From Candidatus Sulfomarinibacteraceae bacterium (lineage in GTDB: Bacteria; Acidobacteriota; Thermoanaerobaculia; Thermoanaerobaculales; Sulfomarinibacteraceae): DNA of 64,000 nucleotides. The notes under the pieces are model-generated. The model was not told the origin of the DNA, did not search any database, and saw nothing but the letters and a program-made list of their open reading frames with translations. This document shows positions 55,061-64,000 of this stretch, in pieces. The stretch is taken from positions 512,695 through 576,694 of the forward strand of contig CAVUHO010000003.1 in the NCBI GenBank assembly GCA_963741385.1, in the 5' to 3' direction. The position numbers and the translations under genes are program-made. Position 1 is the stretch's first letter. Every line of letters begins with the position of its first letter.

Positions 55061-57289
55061 TCACGGCATGCGCCGGCCGGATGGATGGCGGATCATGAGC
55101 ATCGGTTCGCCGATCGCGATGGTGTCGGTTCTGGTGCACGTGGCGCTGTCGGCGGTTACCGTCAGCAACCAGCTGTAGGAACCCGGCGTGTCGTAGGAGT
55201 GGGAAACGCTTGACCCGGAGGCGACTCCGCCGTCACCGAAGTCCCACTCGAATGTCGCGGTCCCCGTGCAGTCGCTGAGCACGGCGCTTCCCGAGAACGA
55301 CGCCGCGCTGCCGGCGTGGCCGGTCGCGTCAACCGACGCCGTGCAGCTCACGGTGCAGGTGCCGCCCGCTCCGGCGACGGTGATGGTGCCGGTGCCCAGG
55401 TTGGAGTTGGTCGAGCCGTCCCACGCGGCGTAGGTGAAGCTGTCGGTGCCGCCGGAGCCGGTGAAGGGATAATACGTGGCGACCGTGCCGACAAGACCGA
55501 CGGTGCCGTTCTTCGCCTGCGACACGATGCGCAGGGAAAGGCTGTTCCCGTCGGCGTCGCTCGCCGACAGCGCGATCTGCACCGGCGTGTTCCCGTTCGT
55601 CGACGCCGTGACGTTGTGCACCACCGGCGCGCGGTTGCTGTTGCTGTTTTCGCTGTTCGGTCCGTTGTGGCAGGTGTAGCAGCCGATCTGGAATCCCTGC
55701 CAGAAGTTCTTGGTGCCGAACGCGGACACCGTGCGGCTTCCCAGCGCCCGCGACAGCACGGTGCCGCGGTAGTCATTGCCGTGGCAGGTGCGGCACCGGC
55801 TGGAGTTGCTCTCGGCGGCGTCCGTGTGCCGGCTGACCCAGTCCTGGCCCACCGGGTGCATGCCGTGCGGCCCGCCGGTCACGGTCTGCGGTTGGGTGCC
55901 GTGGCAAACGGCGCAGTCCGCCAGGACCCCGGCGTGCCCCTGCAGATCGATGTTCTGGACGTTGTCGTTGAGGTGGCTCGACGGGAAGATGGCGTGGGTG
56001 GAGCCGTGGCAGGCCTCGCACTGGAGGTTGCCGTGGCCGGTCGAGAACCGGTAGAGCGAGACGCCGGCTGCGGGAGTGTTCGGGTCGGTGGCGAAGGTGT
56101 TGTTGACCGCGACCCGCGGCTGATCCGGCGCGACGAAGGCCGTCACGTAGCGGATCTGGCCGTTGTTGTCGATCGCCGTGCCGGTGTGGCACTGCTGGCA
56201 GTTGGGCTGGTCGAACCACCCCGCGCGGCCGGTTGCGCCGACCCGGCTCATGCTGCCGTGACAGCTCTGGCACTGGATGGCGAGGTCGCCGTTGGCGGCC
56301 ACTGCGCTGCCCATCGCGCCGCGCAGACAGCGGGTGTCGGAGCCCGGGTGGCAGGTGTAGCAGGCGGAGCGGTTGGCCGACTCGTTGAGCGTCATTCCGT
56401 TCGAGGGATCGGTGACCCCTGCGTGAAAGCTGTGGATCGCCTGGGTGAGCGGCGGGACACCGCTGAGGCCGGTCCCCGGAAGGGCGTTCGAGGCGTGGCA
56501 GGCGTCGCACAGGATCGGCGTGCTGTCGGCGGTGACGGTGTCGTACAACCCGCCGGAGTTGTAGCCGGCAGCGGCGAGGGCAGCGGTGTACTGATCCCTA
56601 CCACCCTGGAGGTCGTCGTGGAGCAGGAGCACATTGAAGCGGTAGTCGAGCTCGGGGTCGGGATCGTAGATCCACCCTCCGCCCGGCCTCGCCGCGGGGC
56701 CGGAGCCCGAGCTGTGGCACGCGGAGCAGGTCATCTCGTCCGACACCGGGAGCACGATGCTGGTTGTGGCGAGCACCTGGCCGGAGGCGTTGCGGGCCAC
56801 CAGCTTCATCATCGGGTAGTAGTTCTTGGCGTGGGCGTCGTCGTACGGCGTGATCGGGATGCCCTCGGCGCTGAACCAGTCGTACCCGGTGTCGAAGTGC
56901 ATGGGCTGCGGCGTGTTGACCGATCCCGGCATGTCGTGGCCGGCGAGCCCCTGATCGGGAGCGAGCGATGCGCCGAAGAGCTGCGTCACCCAGTCCCAGA
57001 AGTTGGTCTTGTTGATCGACGAGACGTTGATCGACCCGGTCGGATCGGCCACCGCCTCGTAGGTGACGGTGATGCTTCCCGGGTTGGTCACAAGGTTGCC
57101 CGAGGCGTCGATCAACTGGGCGTGGATGACGTTGTAGGGTGGGAGGATGCTGAACACCGAGTAGTCGGCGTCCATGCAGTGCATGCCGAGGTCGTTCCAG
57201 CCGACGAGCTTGTAACCACCCCCCTGTGCGGCGGCGAGGGGCGCGATGAGTGCGAGGGCCAGTGTGGCGAAGACGGACTTTCCAGTCAT
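55061..57289 (-). CDS. Exported nine-heme cytochrome c with Ig-like and PKD domains
   Basis: Signal peptide from MTGKSV, WNDLGMHC, nine CxxCH motifs, NRAPV..DADG Ig/cadherin-like domain, WDFGDG PKD, basic tail RHPSGRR. Confidence 0.88.
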   Translation of the reverse strand: MTGKSVFATLALALIAPLAAAQGGGYKLVGWNDLGMHCMDADYSVFSILPPYNVIHAQLIDASGNLVTNPGSITVTYEAVADPTGSINVSSINKTNFWDWVTQLFGASLAPDQGLAGHDMPGSVNTPQPMHFDTGYDWFSAEGIPITPYDDAHAKNYYPMMKLVARNASGQVLATTSIVLPVSDEMTCSACHSSGSGPAARPGGGWIYDPDPELDYRFNVLLLHDDLQGGRDQYTAALAAAGYNSGGLYDTVTADSTPILCDACHASNALPGTGLSGVPPLTQAIHSFHAGVTDPSNGMTLNESANRSACYTCHPGSDTRCLRGAMGSAVAANGDLAIQCQSCHGSMSRVGATGRAGWFDQPNCQQCHTGTAIDNNGQIRYVTAFVAPDQPRVAVNNTFATDPNTPAAGVSLYRFSTGHGNLQCEACHGSTHAIFPSSHLNDNVQNIDLQGHAGVLADCAVCHGTQPQTVTGGPHGMHPVGQDWVSRHTDAAESNSSRCRTCHGNDYRGTVLSRALGSRTVSAFGTKNFWQGFQIGCYTCHNGPNSENSNSNRAPVVHNVTASTNGNTPVQIALSASDADGNSLSLRIVSQAKNGTVGLVGTVATYYPFTGSGGTDSFTYAAWDGSTNSNLGTGTITVAGAGGTCTVSCTASVDATGHAGSAASFSGSAVLSDCTGTATFEWDFGDGGVASGSSVSHSYDTPGSYSWLLTVTADSATCTRTDTIAIGEPMLMIRHPSGRRMP

Positions 57290-57557
57290 GGTGGGCCTTC
57301 TTTCCTGCAGATGACGCGAAAGGGAGGGATCGAGGTGCGGTGAGATCGGTCGCGTGTACATCTGCTGTGGCCGTGAATGACACCGCTCGACGATTCGATC
57401 TTCCGCAGGTGCGATCGAGACCAAAGGATACTCCTGTGGTCGATCGGTCACAATGTCAGGAAAGGGGAGCGGGTAGGTTTCTCAGGGAGACGGACGGTTC
57501 GGCGGAATGGCTCGAGATGAGGCGGATACGAGGCACCCGCGATCATCAATGAACGTC

Positions 57558-57797
57558 GTAGGCGGGTCCTTCAGGGCCCGCCCGGCAGCCGGGACGGCTG
57601 CCCCACAAAGGCGGTGTGGCCTCATCGCCGGATTGTGGGGCACGCGTCCCGCGTGCCGGTTGGGCGGGCGGGATTTCAATTCACCCTCGAATCCCCTCAC
57701 TTCAGGGGGAGGGTGGGCGGAAAATCCGAAATCCAAAATCCGAAATCCGAAATCTAAAGCCCAAAATTCCGAATTCCAAATTCCGAATTCGTAATTC
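57558..57797. repeat. REP C, family-B doublet, G-run motif and heptamer array (distal copy)
   Basis: Shares GGGAGGGTGGGCGGAAAATCCG...CCGAAATCTAAAGCCC with 59599-59680. Confidence 0.85.
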
Positions 57798-57867
57798 AGT
57801 ACCGATACCACTCCGCCTTGTACGGCCCTTCCACCGGCGCGTGGACCTCTCCCGCCCGCTCCTCCAT
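57796..57867 (-). other. 23-codon mini-ORF ending in a duplicate of the AhcY C-terminus
   Basis: MEERAGEVHAPVEGPYKAEWYRY-TGA; its ATG overlaps the upstream TAA (TAATG). AhcY ends [17 protein letters not shown]. Confidence 0.8.
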
Positions 57868-59111
57868 TAACGCCGTGGAGCGGCAAACCGCCACACGTCG
57901 TTGTCGACGTTGAGGTAGTTCAAGGGGTCGAAGAAATTGAAGGTCTCACGGTCGCCTCCGAAGGTGAGGATGGACGGACGCCAACCCCTCCCCGAGCCCC
58001 ACACGACTAGGGCGTCGAAGTCATACTTGATATCCTCCGGCCCGCCGGCGTTCCACGGCGAATCGCTGACCTGGTCCCAATCCCTGCCATTCTTGCTGAC
58101 CCAGACATCCATCGGATTGGAAGGTTTGAACGGGTCCGTCGGGTCGGTGCTGAGTCCGAAACCGCCGAACAGCACGATCTGGTTGAAAACCACTACTGCC
58201 TGGTGGCCCGGGCGGGCAGGCCAAGGCGCTGCGTCCGTCACGAGTTGCCAGTTGCTGCCGTCCCGCGATCGCCAGACGTCGTTGTAGTAAGGGGGGCAAC
58301 GATCGCCGGATTCGCACGTGAAACCGTCCTCGCCTCCGATCAGGTAAAGGTAACCGTTCTTCGACACGACGATCGCTCCGGCGCGCGGCGCCCATGGCGC
58401 GTGGTCGGTGACCTGGAACCAGTGAGCGCCGTCGAAGGACTTCCAGACGTCGTTGAAGTACACCCGCTCAGGCTGTCCGCCGACGATGGATGAGTCATCG
58501 TTGAACGACCCGGCCATCACGTAAATCGCCCCGCGGTGGACGACCGCTGAGAGGCCGGCCCGCCCCGCCCAGGGAGCGGCGGCCGTCATCTGCCGCCAGT
58601 TGACACCGTCCCGGCTCCGCCAGACGTCGTTGAAAAACTCTGACGCCGGGACAAACGGCGGGCACTCCGATGGAAACGGCGGACATTCGTTCTCGACGAC
58701 GTTGAAGTTCTGTCCGCCAAGTATGTACATGAAGCGGCCCATCGTGACGGCCTGGAAGTAGGCTCGCGCGGGCCAGTGGTTCTCATCGTCGGTGAAAAGT
58801 ACCGGATCCCAGGATTCGCCGAGATCGTCGCTCGCCCACACGTCGCCCCAGATGATGCTCGCTCCTGGGACAGGCACCACCGCCGGATCAAGGGGCGTGC
58901 GACCACCCATCACGTACAACCGCTTGCCCAGTTGCACAGCTTGCAGGCCGGCCCGGGGCGCCCACTGTGCAGCGGGGTTTTGAATGTCCCACTCCCAGGT
59001 TTCAATGTCGTTGATGCTCCACCATTTCTCCTCCTGGGCGACAGCCGATGAAGTTGAAAAGAGGATCAGAGCCGCGACGATGCCAAAGAGAGCTCGAGAG
59101 CGCATGGACAT
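57867..59111 (-). CDS. Secreted Kelch-like beta-propeller protein
   Basis: Signal peptide; repeated APW..RAG...YV.GG...NDVWRS.DG..W units. Confidence 0.82.
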   Translation of the reverse strand: MSMRSRALFGIVAALILFSTSSAVAQEEKWWSINDIETWEWDIQNPAAQWAPRAGLQAVQLGKRLYVMGGRTPLDPAVVPVPGASIIWGDVWASDDLGESWDPVLFTDDENHWPARAYFQAVTMGRFMYILGGQNFNVVENECPPFPSECPPFVPASEFFNDVWRSRDGVNWRQMTAAAPWAGRAGLSAVVHRGAIYVMAGSFNDDSSIVGGQPERVYFNDVWKSFDGAHWFQVTDHAPWAPRAGAIVVSKNGYLYLIGGEDGFTCESGDRCPPYYNDVWRSRDGSNWQLVTDAAPWPARPGHQAVVVFNQIVLFGGFGLSTDPTDPFKPSNPMDVWVSKNGRDWDQVSDSPWNAGGPEDIKYDFDALVVWGSGRGWRPSILTFGGDRETFNFFDPLNYLNVDNDVWRFAAPRR

Positions 59112-59211
59112 ACCCCCACTCCGTGTTTCGTTGGGGCTAATCGCTGATGTTCGACGAAAATTCCAGGCGACTCACCCGATCTTCAACCGCCCCCGAAGAC
59201 CGAGGGAGTCG

Positions 59212-59598
59212 GGGCGGGATTTGCTCGGGCCCCTCCACCCGGCAGCCGGGACGGCTGCCCCACAAAAGGGGTGCGGCCTCATCGCCGGATTGTGGGGAAC
59301 GCGTCCCGCGTGCCGGGAGAGCGGGCGGGATTTGCTCGGGCCCCTCCACCCGGCAGCCGGGACGGCTGCCCCACAAAGGTGATGCGGCCTCATCGCCGGA
59401 TTGTGGGGAACGCGTCCCGCGTGCCGGGAGAGCGGGCGGGATTTACTCGGGCCCCTCCACCCGGCAGCCGGGACGGCTGCCCCACAAAGGTGATGCGGCC
59501 TATTCGCCGGGTTGTGGGGCACGCGTCCCGCGTGCCGAGAGAGCGGGCGGGATTTGCTCGGGCCCCTCCGCCCGGCAGCCGGGACGGCTGCCCCACAA
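59212..59598. repeat. 111-bp tandem REP-doublet array (about 3.5 units, BIME-like)
   Basis: GGCAGCCGGGACGGCTGCC at 59241, 59352, 59463 and 59574; near-identical linkers. Confidence 0.92.
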
Positions 59599-59711
59599 GG
59601 GAGGGTGGGCGGAAAATCCGAAATCCGAAATCCGAAATCCGAAATTCCTAATTCCGAAATCCGAAATCTAAAGCCCGAAATTCAAAATTCAAAATTCAAA
59701 ATTCAAAATTT
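59599..59711. repeat. G-run motif plus compound heptamer array abutting the ahcY stop
   Basis: GGGAGGGTGGGCGG(AAATCCG)n...CTAAAGCCC(CAAAATT)n-TTA. Confidence 0.9.
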
Positions 59712-61122
59712 AATAGCGGTACCACTCCGGCTTATACGGCCCCTCCACCGGCACGTCGATGTACTTCGCCTGCTCGGGGGTCAGCTTCGTCAGCCTGGCG
59801 CCGAGCTGGTCGAGGTGGAGCCGCGCCACTTCCTCGTCGAGCTTCTTCGACAGGGTGGTGACGCCGACTTCATGCTCGTTCTGCCACAGGTCAAGCTGCG
59901 CCAGCACCTGGTTGGTGAAGGAGTTCGACATCACGAAGCTCGGGTGCCCGGTGGCGCAGCCGAGGTTGACCAGCCGGCCTTCGGCGAGCAGGAAGATGGA
60001 GTGACCGTCGGGGAAGGTGTACTTGTCGACCTGTGGCTTGATGGTCGTCTTGACGATCCCCGGCCATTTCTCGAGCTTTTCGACCTGGATCTCGTTGTCG
60101 AAGTGGCCGATGTTGCAGACGATGGCCTGGTCCTTCATCCGGCTCATGTGCTCGGCGGTGATGATGTCGCGGTTGCCGGTGGTGGTGACATAGATGTCGG
60201 CGATCGGCAGGGCATCCTCCACCGTCATCACCCGGTAGCCTGCCATGCACGCCTGGAGCGCGCAGATCGGGTCGATCTCGGTCACGCAGATCTGCGCCCG
60301 CTGGCCGGCCAGAGACTCGGCCGAGCCCTTGCCGACGTCGCCGAAACCGCAGATCAACGCGACCTTGCCCGAGATCATGACGTCGGTGGCGCGCTTGATG
60401 CCGTCGACCAATGACTCGCGGCAGCCGTAGATGTTGTCGAACTTCGACTTGGTGACCGAGTCGTTGACGTTGATCGCGGGCACCAGCAGCTCGCCGCGCT
60501 CGGCCATCTGGTAGAGGCGGTGGACGCCGGTGGTGGTCTCCTCGGAGACGCCTTTCCACTCACTCACCACATCGTGCCAGCGGCGGGGCTCGACGCCCTG
60601 CACTTCCTGGAGGAGCTTGTTGATGATCTGCAGCTCCTTGTTGTCGGTGGGCTCGGTCAGGATCGACGGGTCGTCCTCGCCCTGGTAGCCGCGATGAATG
60701 AACAGCGTGGCGTCGCCGCCGTCGTCGACGATCAGCTGAGGCCCCTTGCCGCCGGGAAAGGAGAGGGCCTGTTGGGTGCACCACCAGTACTCCTCGAGGG
60801 TCTCGCCCTTCCAGGCGAAGACCGGGGTGCCGCCCGCCGCGATGGCGGCCGCCGCGTGGTCCTGAGTCGAGAAGATGTTGCACGAGCACCACCGCACATC
60901 GGCGCCGAGATCCGCGAGCGTCTCGATCAGCACCGCGGTCTGGATGGTCATGTGCAGGCTGCCCATGATGCGAACGCCCTGCAGTGGTTTCTGCGGACCG
61001 TACTTCGCCCGGGTCGCCATCAGCCCCGGCATCTCCTTCTCCGCGATCTCGATCTCGCGCCGGCCCCAGTCCGCCAGGGCAATGTCCTTCACTTTGAAAT
61101 CGGTGGTCGTCGACGTGGTCAT
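59710..61122 (-). CDS. ahcY: Adenosylhomocysteinase
   Basis: [59 protein letters not shown]. Confidence 0.98.
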   Translation of the reverse strand: MTTSTTTDFKVKDIALADWGRREIEIAEKEMPGLMATRAKYGPQKPLQGVRIMGSLHMTIQTAVLIETLADLGADVRWCSCNIFSTQDHAAAAIAAGGTPVFAWKGETLEEYWWCTQQALSFPGGKGPQLIVDDGGDATLFIHRGYQGEDDPSILTEPTDNKELQIINKLLQEVQGVEPRRWHDVVSEWKGVSEETTTGVHRLYQMAERGELLVPAINVNDSVTKSKFDNIYGCRESLVDGIKRATDVMISGKVALICGFGDVGKGSAESLAGQRAQICVTEIDPICALQACMAGYRVMTVEDALPIADIYVTTTGNRDIITAEHMSRMKDQAIVCNIGHFDNEIQVEKLEKWPGIVKTTIKPQVDKYTFPDGHSIFLLAEGRLVNLGCATGHPSFVMSNSFTNQVLAQLDLWQNEHEVGVTTLSKKLDEEVARLHLDQLGARLTKLTPEQAKYIDVPVEGPYKPEWYRY

Positions 61123-61233
61123 GGCTCGTCCTTTCTTGAGAGAACCGATCGCAACGACGATGAGTCGTGCTGACCGGATGTGTTGCGGGGCAGGATTCTA
61201 TCGCATCATCGACATATGAGATAATTGCTTTGG

Positions 61234-61785
61234 ATGAAAGGTCATTCCAGCCGATTTCCCATCGATGTCAACGACCTGCCGCACGAGTGGCTGGTGGTCC
61301 GCACCAAGCCCCGGCAGGAGCGGGTCGCGGTGTGCCATCTGCGCCAGCGCGAGGTGGAGCCGTATTGCCCGATGTATCTGGAGCCGCCGTGGCACTCGCG
61401 GGCGCCCAAGGGGCCGACGCCCCTCTTCGGCGGTTACATCTTCGTCCGCTGCAACCCGCGGCTGCACCTCAACGCTGTGAGCTACTGCCCGGGCGTGCAA
61501 CACCCGGTGCGTTTCGACCGCGAGTTGGCGACGGTCGGAGAGGACGTGATCGCCGCCATCCGGCAGCGGGAAGCCGACCGCGGGTATGTGGTCCCGACCG
61601 AGATGGAGTGCGGCATCGAAAACGGCCGTAAAGTGCGAGTGATGGCGGGTCCGCTCAAAGGCATGGAAGGAGTCTTCAGGGGCTACTTCCGGGGCGGACA
61701 GCGCGCCCGGGTATTGATGGAATTCCTCCGTCAGCGAAGCCTGGTGGAGGTTGAGATTGAGCTGCTCGCCGTGGTGCGAGCCTGA
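61234..61785 (+). CDS. RfaH/UpxY-type NusG paralogue (operon-specific antiterminator)
   Basis: WLVVRTKPRQE, PLFGGYIFV (NGN), VRVMAGPLKGMEGVF (KOW); precedes a sugar-nucleotide gene. Confidence 0.85.
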   Translation: MKGHSSRFPIDVNDLPHEWLVVRTKPRQERVAVCHLRQREVEPYCPMYLEPPWHSRAPKGPTPLFGGYIFVRCNPRLHLNAVSYCPGVQHPVRFDRELATVGEDVIAAIRQREADRGYVVPTEMECGIENGRKVRVMAGPLKGMEGVFRGYFRGGQRARVLMEFLRQRSLVEVEIELLAVVRA

Positions 61786-61851
61786 CGGGTCGAAATCAGT
61801 TTCGATCCGCTAAATCAAACTAAATCAATAGGTTGCACATGCAATCATAGT

Positions 61852-61859
61852 GCGGTAGC
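61852..61859 (+). promoter_or_regulatory. ops-like element
   Basis: GCGGTAGC matches the core of the RfaH ops consensus GGCGGTAG; lies between the NusG paralogue and the operon. Confidence 0.55.
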
Positions 61860-61873
61860 CTCGCGAAGAGCGC

Positions 61874-62474
61874 AATTTTGAATTCTCAATTTTGAATTTT
61901 GAATTATTGGATCGAAGGCTAGTGAGAGGTTCGAGAGCGCCAATGAGAACCCGATGAGCGACAACCTCCAATACGAGCACTTCGACGGCGGTGCCGATTG
62001 GGTCGGGGTTGCGGATGCGTCCGAGAATCCAGTTCGGGAGAAGAGCTACCAATTCGCTCTGGCGGTCATCAGACTTTACGGCCGTATCCAGGAGCAGAGG
62101 GAGTACGTGATCTCGAAGCAACTGCTCCGATCTGGCACCAGCATCGGTGCCAATGTTGAAGAGGCGATCGCGGCGGAGAGTCGGCGGGATTTCGTCCACA
62201 AGATGGCGCTCGCATCAAAAGAAGCTCGCGAGACCGTGTATTGGCTGCGACTCCTGTCCGATTCGGATCTCGTCCCAGATCTGGATGCCTCCAAAGAACT
62301 CGGTTCTGCACAAGAACTCGTCCGCCTGCTGACCTCAATCGTCAAAACGACCGCACAGAGCCGGTGACCGGCCGGAAATATGACTCACTCGTCCTTTGTC
62401 GATGAATTTACTCGAATGCACCCTGGGCACCGCTGCCCGCAATTCAAAATTCAAAATTCAAAATTCAAAATTCG
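61874..62474. mobile_element. Heptamer-bounded element carrying an intact four-helix-bundle gene
   Basis: (AATTTTG)n at 61874-61908 and inverted (CAAAATT)n at 62440-62474 flank the ORF. Confidence 0.75.
61954..62367 (+). CDS. Four-helix-bundle protein (TIGR02436 / 23S rRNA IVP family)
   Basis: KSYQFA, SKQLLRSGTSIGANVEEA, DFVHKM..ASKEARETVYWLRLL. Confidence 0.92.
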   Translation: MSDNLQYEHFDGGADWVGVADASENPVREKSYQFALAVIRLYGRIQEQREYVISKQLLRSGTSIGANVEEAIAAESRRDFVHKMALASKEARETVYWLRLLSDSDLVPDLDASKELGSAQELVRLLTSIVKTTAQSR

Positions 62475-62507
62475 ACCTCGTGATTGCGCCTGGAGCATCC
62501 ATCAGCC

Positions 62508-63533
62508 ATGACTTCACCTGAAAGCAAAACCGTCCTCGTAACAGGAGCGGCCGGTTTCATCGGCTATCACCTCGCCGAGCGGCTGCTCGGCGACGGGCGG
62601 CGCGTGATCGGCCTCGACATCGTCAACGACTACTACGATCCTGCCCTCAAGGAGGCGCGGCTCGAGCGGCTCGCCGGCCACGACGGGTTCACCTTTGCCC
62701 GCATCGATCTCGCTGACCGCCGCAAGATGGAGGCGCTCTTCGCCACCTACGGGTTCGACACGGTGGTCCACCTCGCCGCCCAGGCGGGCGTCCGCTACTC
62801 CATCGAAAACCCGCACTCCTACGTCGAGTCGAACCTGGTGGGTTTTCTCCACATCCTCGAGGGCTGCCGCCACACCGGGGTCAGCCACCTGGTCTATGCC
62901 TCGTCGAGCTCGGTCTACGGCGCCAACACCGCCATGCCCTTTTCGGTGCACGACAACGTCGACCACCCGATGTCGCTCTACGCTGCAACCAAGAAGGCCA
63001 ACGAGCTCATGGCCCACACCTACTCGAACCTCTACGACCTGCCGACCACGGGCCTCCGCTTCTTCACCGTCTACGGACCGTGGGGCCGACCCGACATGGC
63101 GCTCTTCAAGTTCACGAAGAACATCCTCGCCGGCCAACCCATCGATGTCTTCAACCACGGCCACCACCGGCGCGACTTCACCTACATCGACGACATCGTC
63201 GAAGGCGTGGTGCGGGTGATGCACAAACTCCCCGAACCCAATGCCGAGTGGTCTGGAGACAACCCCGATCCGGGCACGAGCCGCGCTCCCTGGCGGGTGT
63301 ACAACATCGGCAACAACCAGCCGGTCGAGCTCATGCGCTACATCGAGGTCATCGAGGAATGCCTCGGCAAGAAAGCCGAGATGAACATGCTTCCCCTGCA
63401 GCCCGGCGACGTCCCCGACACCTACGCCGACGTCACCGCCCTCACCGACGACGTAGGCTACAAGCCCGACACACCGATCGAAGAAGGCATTCGGAAGTTT
63501 GTTGAGTGGTACCGAGAGTATTACCAGGTTTGA
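62508..63533 (+). CDS. NAD-dependent epimerase, UDP-glucuronate 4-epimerase-like
   Basis: [47 protein letters not shown]. Confidence 0.93.
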   Translation: MTSPESKTVLVTGAAGFIGYHLAERLLGDGRRVIGLDIVNDYYDPALKEARLERLAGHDGFTFARIDLADRRKMEALFATYGFDTVVHLAAQAGVRYSIENPHSYVESNLVGFLHILEGCRHTGVSHLVYASSSSVYGANTAMPFSVHDNVDHPMSLYAATKKANELMAHTYSNLYDLPTTGLRFFTVYGPWGRPDMALFKFTKNILAGQPIDVFNHGHHRRDFTYIDDIVEGVVRVMHKLPEPNAEWSGDNPDPGTSRAPWRVYNIGNNQPVELMRYIEVIEECLGKKAEMNMLPLQPGDVPDTYADVTALTDDVGYKPDTPIEEGIRKFVEWYREYYQV

Positions 63534-63582
63534 ATTTCGGATTTCGGATTTCGGATTTCGGATTTTTCCCCCTCCCGCCCCC
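63533..63582. repeat. Heptamer array plus G-run motif starting at the epimerase stop
   Basis: TGA-(ATTTCGG)4-ATTTTT-CCCCCTCCCGCCCCC. Confidence 0.88.
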
Positions 63583-63601
63583 TGGAACTGATCGTCAACT
63601 G

Positions 63602-63972
63602 ATGATGGACAAACAAGAACTTGAACATCGGACCAAAAAGTTCGCCGTGGATGTGATCAGATTTGTCGGCAGGATTCGAGTCGTCCACTGCCGGTCGTGT
63701 CATCGGCAACCAGCTACTGAAATCCGGCACCTCGATCGGGGCGAACTACCGAGAAGCGAATCGTGCGGTTCCGGAGAAGACTTCGTTCACAAGATCACCA
63801 TCGCGCGAGAAAGAGGCGTCTGAGACCGCCTACTGGCTGGAGATCTGCGCCGAGACCTCACTGGGCAATCGTGACGTATGTCGCGAGTTGTCGACCGAAG
63901 CGAGGCGAGTTCCTCGCGATCTTCACGTCGAATAGGCACGATCGGTCCGGAGTCGAACGACCAGAAATCTGA
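63602..63972 (+). pseudogene. Second four-helix-bundle gene with multiple frameshifts (possibly assembly errors)
   Basis: LEHRTKKFAVDVIRF / IGNQLLKSGTSIGANYREA / DFVHKITI / KEASETAYWLEI spread over different frames. Confidence 0.8.
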
Positions 63973-64000
63973 TCAAAACGAGAACTCGCGGAGTTTCCGG

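Noticed and set aside
59212-59598. Possible CRISPR array
   Set aside because: The sequences between palindromes are near-identical rather than unique spacers, the period is 111 bp and there are no cas genes. It fits a tandem REP doublet.
61123-61225. SAH or SAM riboswitch upstream of ahcY
   Set aside because: The leader after the TAGAAT box is short and I could not match the conserved riboswitch elements by eye. An Rfam scan would settle it.
61954-62367. Diversity-generating retroelement or 23S rRNA intervening sequence
   Set aside because: No reverse transcriptase, no TR/VR pair with adenine-specific mismatches and no rRNA in the window. The ahcY duplicate differs mainly at synonymous positions, not specifically at adenines.

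Overview
High-GC (roughly 60-65%) bacterial chromosomal window. Gene content and secreted-protein tails suggest Acidobacteriota, possibly Thermoanaerobaculia (inference). It encodes glgA, a sigma54-type porin/binding-protein/MCP unit, ltaE, a full alternative complex III operon (actABCDEF plus actG-like), a DUF4388/MshEN-like/V4R signalling operon facing a cheA-W-Y-B-R-X cluster, a second MCP, a MacAB-type ABC exporter, a phospholipase D, fxsA, two tandem citrate-synthase paralogues, a penicillin acylase, ArsR, HIT, tRNA-Leu(CAA), a Tat-exported group 1 [NiFe]-hydrogenase, a 9-heme surface cytochrome, ahcY, and the start of an RfaH/ops-type polysaccharide locus. The most striking unexplained structure is intergenic. 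About 20 polarised 7-bp tandem arrays (ATTTCGG/AATTTTG/AATTAGG family) start at or supply stop codons and form inverted ends of small elements. Many carry a G-quadruplex-type motif on the inner side, and they enclose either REP-like hairpins or four-helix-bundle (TIGR02436/Avd-like) genes. Downstream of ahcY, a 1.9-kb gene cassette is bracketed by a synonymously diverged, still-open copy of the ahcY 3' end plus the same array. Several genes have clustered 1-bp indels that look like long-read assembly errors.
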